Assembly: GCA_965220745.1 (NCBI GenBank)
Contig: CBDCQT010000013.1
Span: forward strand, 704,001-768,000
Origin: Alphaproteobacteria bacterium
GTDB taxonomy: Bacteria; Pseudomonadota; Alphaproteobacteria; UBA828
Reading direction: 5' to 3'
DNA: 64,000 nt
The position numbers and the translations under genes are program-made. Positions 59,432 to 64,000 of this stretch are shown piece after piece; positions within the stretch are counted from its first letter, which is position 1, and every line of letters starts with the position of its first letter. The notes under the pieces were generated by a model. It was given only the letters and a program-made list of their open reading frames with translations, ran no database searches and was not told the origin of the DNA.

Positions 59432-59537
59432 TGGTGGGGCGGGCGGGATTCGAACCCGCGAGGTCGTTCCCTCCAGCTGACTCCGGGTACTCCCGTGCAA
59501 GATGCGCGTTCGCAATTTCTCCAGAGCCTCACGCCCC
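59432..59537 (-). ncRNA. 106-nt tRNA-like RNA (acceptor stem, T arm, CCA; atypical core)
   Basis: 5' GGGGCG pairs with CGCCCC-A-CCA; perfect T arm GCGGG-TTCGAAT-CCCGC; intergenic. Confidence 0.6.
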
Positions 59538-59553
59538 GAGGGCGCCGCTGTGC

Positions 59554-59940
59554 TCACGCCGTCTCGATGCGCAGGTAGCCGCGCGGGACGGTCTCGCGCT
59601 TCGGTGTCTCGAGGTAGACCGCGACCCGGAAGCCGGATGACCCGAGGTCCTCCACGCGGTAGCTGTACCTGTTGGCGGCAAGCCACATGACGTCGGCGAG
59701 GGCCTCCGCGGTCGAGCGGACGCCGAACTTGGTGGCGCGTTCCGGTACCAGCGTGGTGACGATCGTGGCGCCGGGCTCCTGCCTGGCCTCGTCGAGCATC
59801 GCGGAGGCGTTGCACTTCGGGCACTCGCCGGCCGGCACCGTGTCTCCTGGTTGGAGGCGCTCCCAGGCATTCTTGAGCGGGTCGCATTGGTCTGCCGGCC
59901 CGTTCCAGCCGCAATACTGGCAGGTGGCCGTGGGCATCAT
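59554..59940 (-). CDS. Zinc-ribbon protein, N-terminal paralog of 58897..59403
   Basis: TCQYCGWNG...PAGECPKCNASAMLDE; AAGGAG SD. Confidence 0.7.
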   Translation of the reverse strand: MMPTATCQYCGWNGPADQCDPLKNAWERLQPGDTVPAGECPKCNASAMLDEARQEPGATIVTTLVPERATKFGVRSTAEALADVMWLAANRYSYRVEDLGSSGFRVAVYLETPKRETVPRGYLRIETA

Positions 59941-60003
59941 GGCGTGCTCCTTGATTGGTGGTCTGGCGCTCGGCGGAGGGGCGTAGGCGCCGCTCCCCCG
60001 ACC

Positions 60004-61398
60004 TCAGCCGTCGATCCTGATGTGCTCGCCCCAGGGTGGCGGTTCCGGTGACAGCCCGTCGGCGGCGCTGTAATCCGCCCAGATCACGTCGTAGCCGGGC
60101 TCCGTCTCGGGATAGCGGTCGCAATCCATGTCCGTGAAATACAGGCACACGGCGGGCCGGATGTCCTGCTCCGCGAGGCGGGCGAAGCCCGGCCGGAAGT
60201 CGGTGCCCCACCGCCCCTTGACGACGATTTGCTCCGGCAGCTCGCCCGGCGCGTAGTGCTCCTCGTCCTGCACCGCGGCGTCGACTTGGAGCACGACGGT
60301 GCGCTCGGGCTCGACCTCGGCCGCAACCTCGCGCACCTCCGACCAGAACGCCGCGAGGGCATCGCTGTCCACGGAGCCCGAGGTGTCGATGATGACGGCG
60401 AGCGTGCCCATCCCCTCGGAACGGATCGAGGGGAGATAGAGGCCTGAGTCGATGAAGCGCCGGTTGGGCACGCTCCAGGAATAGTCGTGGGCGGCCGCGT
60501 CGGTCATGTAGCGGCGCAGCAAGGAACGCCAGTCCAGGGTGCTGCAGTGGGCGTCGCGGATGGTTTCCTCCACCGCGCCGGGCGTTGCGCCTTGCGCCTT
60601 GGCGAGGTTGAGCGCCTGGTGCATGGCCTCGTCCCACACCTGTTCCTCGGCGGTGACGTCGGGCGGGCCCTGGCCGGCGGATGCGTCGTCGCCGCTGCCG
60701 ACCGGTGCGTCCATCACCTCCCCGGTGCCCGACGGATCGCAGCTCGGCGGCGTGCCGGAGTCGCTGTCGCCTGAGGAGTCGTCTCGGGGCTGCGGGTCCC
60801 CGTCATCTGCGGAAGCGCCGTGGCCGGCAGCGCCGTCGGTGTCGGGGCCGTCCTCGCCCTGAGGCTTTTGCTGCTGCGGTTCGCCGTCATCGTCGTCGCC
60901 GCTGGCGGCGTCATCGCCGGGGTCGGGTTGCGACTCGCCTTCCGCGCCGCCGTTGCTTGCCGATGGCGGGCCGTCGCTCCCTCCCCCCTCGCCCTCCTGG
61001 GGCTCGGGCAGGCGGTCGTAGGCCTGCTCGACGCTGATGCCGTCCCAGGCTTGCGTGTCGGGAGGGAGCTTGAAGCCCGCATCGCGCAACAGGCCGTGGG
61101 TGACGAGCTGCGAGGCCTGCTGCCAGCGCCCGGGCTCGCGCTCGCCCCGCCGCGTGTGGTGCTTGAGCGCGCAGGCCAGCACCACCCTGCCGATCGCCGT
61201 CTTGATGAGATCGGCGTCGGTGTTGGCCACCCAGTGGGGCGAGTAGCGGATCTCGCGCCCGTCGCTCGCAAGGGTCTCGCGGGCCACGTCCGCCCTGATC
61301 GGCAGCCTGAGCGCGAGGCTGCCGAAGAAGGGCTGGTCACGGAGCAGCGCGGTGATGCAGTCGCTGACGCGGCTGGCCGACTCCCGGCGGGCGGCCAT
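60004..61398 (-). CDS. DUF2201-like (metallopeptidase-like plus VWA) protein
   Basis: QPFFGSL, TLASDG, ALKHHTRR, LDWRSLLRRY, YLPS, IDTSGS (MIDAS), GTDFRP, YFTD; start at ATG 61398. Confidence 0.85.
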   Translation of the reverse strand: MAARRESASRVSDCITALLRDQPFFGSLALRLPIRADVARETLASDGREIRYSPHWVANTDADLIKTAIGRVVLACALKHHTRRGEREPGRWQQASQLVTHGLLRDAGFKLPPDTQAWDGISVEQAYDRLPEPQEGEGGGSDGPPSASNGGAEGESQPDPGDDAASGDDDDGEPQQQKPQGEDGPDTDGAAGHGASADDGDPQPRDDSSGDSDSGTPPSCDPSGTGEVMDAPVGSGDDASAGQGPPDVTAEEQVWDEAMHQALNLAKAQGATPGAVEETIRDAHCSTLDWRSLLRRYMTDAAAHDYSWSVPNRRFIDSGLYLPSIRSEGMGTLAVIIDTSGSVDSDALAAFWSEVREVAAEVEPERTVVLQVDAAVQDEEHYAPGELPEQIVVKGRWGTDFRPGFARLAEQDIRPAVCLYFTDMDCDRYPETEPGYDVIWADYSAADGLSPEPPPWGEHIRIDG

Positions 61399-62294
61399 CA
61401 GGCGGCCTCGCGGTCGACGACAGGGGCGCCGAAGTACCCCGCGAACTTCTCCTTCAGCGCATCGGCGTCGCTCTTCACCTGGCGCCGCACGTTGGGGTTG
61501 AACTGCGCGGACGGCCTGAGCGTCGCCGGATCGGCGTGGGCGATCCTGTCCTTGACCTCCTGGCAGAGGCTGGCGAGCCGGTCGTCCCCAAAAATGTTGA
61601 GGCGGGGCACAACGTCGACCAGGTCCCGGACGTTGGAGATCATCGTGTCGCGGAACACCAGCGGCTTGCCCTCGCCGTCCTCGGTGAGGCGCTCCGAGAC
61701 CCGCTCCACGGCCTCGCCGAGACGCCGGTAGAGATCGCCCACGGCGTCGTGCAACCGCTCCTCGATCTCGCGCTCGATGCCGCGCTTGACGCGCTCGGTG
61801 TCGTCTGACGCGAGCTTCGCCATGAAGTGGTCCGCGTCCGGCACGGGAACGATGCGGTAGCGGATGCCGAACTTGCCCTGCAGTGCCTCCTTGGAGGGGT
61901 AGTCCCCGATGCGGAACAGCTTGCCGAGGTCCAACCGGGCGCGGTCGATGTTGTCGTCGTAGTCCTCGATGAAACGTGCGCGCTCGCGCACCATGCGCTC
62001 GCGCAGGCCATCCATCAGTTCCGTGTATGCCTCGTAGTTGGTGACCGTGAGCAGCCGCGAGCCCTGGTCGTCCCAGGGAAGCGAGTTCGCATAGTGCTGT
62101 GAGCGGGCTTCGCTCACGGTGGCGGTGAGCGCGGCGAAGGCGGCCTTGGGCAACAGGCGCTTGTTGTAGCGCCCGGCGGTGGCGGCCGCGTCGTGCTGGG
62201 CCGCGACGTGGTTGGAGGCCTGGCGGTCGTAGAGCCGGCCGGACCAGGCGGTGATGCGCAAGCTGACCAGCATGGCGTCGTGGGTGAGGTTCAT
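61398..62294 (-). CDS. DUF3150-like helical protein
   Basis: AMLVSLRITAWSG, NSLPW.D.G.RLL, DYPS, PRLNIFGD; located between the AAA and VWA genes. Confidence 0.65.
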   Translation of the reverse strand: MNLTHDAMLVSLRITAWSGRLYDRQASNHVAAQHDAAATAGRYNKRLLPKAAFAALTATVSEARSQHYANSLPWDDQGSRLLTVTNYEAYTELMDGLRERMVRERARFIEDYDDNIDRARLDLGKLFRIGDYPSKEALQGKFGIRYRIVPVPDADHFMAKLASDDTERVKRGIEREIEERLHDAVGDLYRRLGEAVERVSERLTEDGEGKPLVFRDTMISNVRDLVDVVPRLNIFGDDRLASLCQEVKDRIAHADPATLRPSAQFNPNVRRQVKSDADALKEKFAGYFGAPVVDREAA

Positions 62295-62321
62295 GGTCGG
62301 TGTCTCCCGATGGGCTGGGGT

Positions 62322-62705
62322 TCACTGGGTCCGGGCGGCGGCCCAGCGGATGAAGGCGTCGGTGTGCTGGAGCGCGGGCTCGCGGCGCACGCACGAGCCG
62401 ACGAGGAACTCGCCCACCTCGCGCCGGAGTCTCATGGCGTAGCTGACGATCGAGCCGAGGTTGACGTCGTCGGCCATGCGGTAGAGCGAGCCACAGAGCG
62501 CGATCAGCGCGCTCGCGTTCTCGGGCACGTCCGCGTTCTCGGGATCGTCGATGACGGCCCTCGGGTGGGGCAGCTCGCGCCAGACCTTGAGGAAGGCCGA
62601 GAACTCGACCGCCGCCGCTTCGCCGACGGCGCCCCGGAACAGCGCGCGCTCCGCGGCCGGATCGAGGTTGCCGCGCTGGTTCACCACGTTTGAGACAAAC
62701 TCCCA
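62322..62705 (-). pseudogene. C-terminal part of a MoxR/CobS-like AAA ATPase, cut by an insertion
   Basis: WEFVS...GAVGEAAAVEFSAF resembles the segment after the PRsW motif; upstream DNA switches to lower GC at about 62706. Confidence 0.7.
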
Positions 62706-62787
62706 ATATCGCGACCTCGCAGATATGGCGAGGACGGGGCGACGGCCCCCGGAGCGCCTGCTCCGGAGGCTGAATCGCTCAACATAT

Positions 62788-63789
62788 TCAGGGACAGGGT
62801 ACGTGCTTGAGAATCTGCTCCAGTTGATCGCGAGCGCCCTTGAACGAGCCCTTCCTGATCTCTGACGGCAAGTCTCCTGCCACCCCATCGAACGCCTTCT
62901 TGGGATTCACTCGCAGATAGATAGCTGTGCTCTGTGCGCTGGCATGACCCAGCCAGAGCGACACAAAGCCGATATTGTCCGTCTCCTCGAGTATGAGGAC
63001 CGCGCAACTGTGCCGAAGCGAGTGCGGAGTTACATTCTTTCTCCCTATCGACGGCATCCGCTGCTGAGCAGTCTTGGTATGTACCGCCAGGCGATGAGCG
63101 AAGCCGTGGCGGGTTATCGGGCGACCACGAGCATTGATAAAAACGTGATCGGTTTTACCGGTCTCTCGGACGTCGAGCCAGCTGGCCAAGGCTTCTTTGG
63201 TAATCTTCCAGAGTGGAAGAATCCGCTCACGACGTCCCTTTCCCATCACATGCACGATGTCAAGATCAGGCTGATCGAGATCATCGAGCCTTAGCGACAC
63301 GAGCTCAGAGACGCGCAGGCCAGCCGTATACGCAAGTAGCAACATCGCTCGATCGCGAAGCCCAGAGATTGTATTGACGTCCGGCACCGCGAGAAGCACC
63401 TCCATTTCTTCACCGGTCAACCAATCTATCAGCTTCTCGTCAGCGCGCTTTTCGGGGATTGCACGAACCTGCCGGCATTGCTCCAGACAGGCTGGAGCCT
63501 TGTATTCCAGGTAGCGGAAGAATGACTTGATAGCGACGAGCCTTGCATTGCGCGTGCGTACTCCACTTCCCCGTTCTTGCTCGAGGAAGTCAAGGAACTC
63601 CAGGATAGTTTGTGGGCTAAGTTGCTCGATTTCTACTAAGCAGGCTTCCTCGTCGAGTTGGTCCTTAATGTACCTGTTTAGTAGCCGGAAGGTGGCGGTA
63701 TAGCTTGATGCTGTATGTTTGCTTGCCCGCCTGTCTCTCGGTAAGTGCTGGTGCAAGAACTCACTCAGATGTGTCGCCAGCGCTGTCAT
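62788..63789 (-). CDS. Tyrosine recombinase, RitC-like
   Basis: ASKHTASSY, TRNARL, AGLRVSEL, GKGRRER, HSLRH, WLGH, TAIY. Confidence 0.9.
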   Translation of the reverse strand: MTALATHLSEFLHQHLPRDRRASKHTASSYTATFRLLNRYIKDQLDEEACLVEIEQLSPQTILEFLDFLEQERGSGVRTRNARLVAIKSFFRYLEYKAPACLEQCRQVRAIPEKRADEKLIDWLTGEEMEVLLAVPDVNTISGLRDRAMLLLAYTAGLRVSELVSLRLDDLDQPDLDIVHVMGKGRRERILPLWKITKEALASWLDVRETGKTDHVFINARGRPITRHGFAHRLAVHTKTAQQRMPSIGRKNVTPHSLRHSCAVLILEETDNIGFVSLWLGHASAQSTAIYLRVNPKKAFDGVAGDLPSEIRKGSFKGARDQLEQILKHVPCP

Positions 63790-64000
63790 TTTTTCATCCT
63801 CCCTATGTATCCACTTTCTGTTTTTTCCGCGATCTGATTGAGCAGGGTCGGAGTTGCCTCCATGTACCAGTAGGTGTGGGTCACCTGGGCATGACCAAGG
63901 GAGACCGAAAGGGCAAGCATGTGCCTGCTATGATCGGCGCCATCAGGTATGTTTTCGAGCGATCTCACGGCGAAGGAATGGCGCAAGCTGTGCAAGCTCG
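63786..64000 (-). CDS. Tyrosine recombinase C-terminus, RitB-like (partial)
   Basis: HSLRHSFAVRSL...LGH...TYWYMEATP; ATGA overlap with the next gene. Confidence 0.85.
   Translation of the reverse strand, partial: SLHSLRHSFAVRSLENIPDGADHSRHMLALSVSLGHAQVTHTYWYMEATPTLLNQIAEKTESGYIGRMKK

Larger units (their letters stand above)
62706..64000 (-). mobile_element. RIT-like (recombinases in trio) element, partial
   Basis: Two overlapping tyrosine recombinase genes, visibly lower GC, terminal pair ATATCGCGA/ATATGGCGA 17 bp apart. Confidence 0.75.

Noticed and set aside
59432-59537. Canonical tRNA-Ala or full tmRNA
   Set aside because: No proper D or anticodon stems, no G3-U70, and too short for tmRNA; kept only as tRNA-like.
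61399-62888. 900-aa ORF 60004..62706 and the N-terminus of ORF 62322..62888
   Set aside because: The VWA protein starts at 61398; the AAA fragment's apparent N-terminus is RIT-end DNA.
1-64000. Prophage, retron/DGR, or complete conjugation system
   Set aside because: No capsid, terminase, reverse transcriptase or VirB4/MPF motifs recognised in this window.

Overview
High-GC bacterial DNA made up entirely of nested mobile elements, with no housekeeping context. (1) An outer ICE/plasmid-type backbone is read on the minus strand from about 62.7 kb down to 41 kb and resumes at 1.8 kb. It carries an AAA ATPase (truncated), a DUF3150-like protein, a VWA protein, Zn-ribbon proteins, a tRNA-like RNA, a PAPS-reductase-like protein, ParB, a GHKL ATPase, RadC, a strawberry-notch methylase/helicase, an AbrB-PIN toxin-antitoxin (TA) pair, SLOG, a macrodomain-AlkB protein, ssb and a toprim primase. 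(2) The outer ssb is split in frame at the W-H-R codons by a 39,036-bp insert bounded by a 7-bp direct repeat, CGGTGCC (1810-1816 and 40846-40852). The insert looks like an integrative mobilizable element. It has tandem tyrosine integrases, a MOB-F relaxase and coupling protein but no mating-pore genes, and its own ssb/primase pair whose target core is synonymously altered. Its cargo is a type IIG R-M enzyme, two TA pairs, ppk2, a surface lipoprotein and an unusual RutR-like/UDG-like/GMC/NIPSNAP/nucleoside-ABC operon. (3) A RIT-like multi-recombinase element interrupts the AAA gene at the right edge. At small scale, related 18-bp and 15-bp units recur as frame-preserving micro-insertions in unrelated genes. 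All family assignments are from motif recognition by eye; no searches were run.
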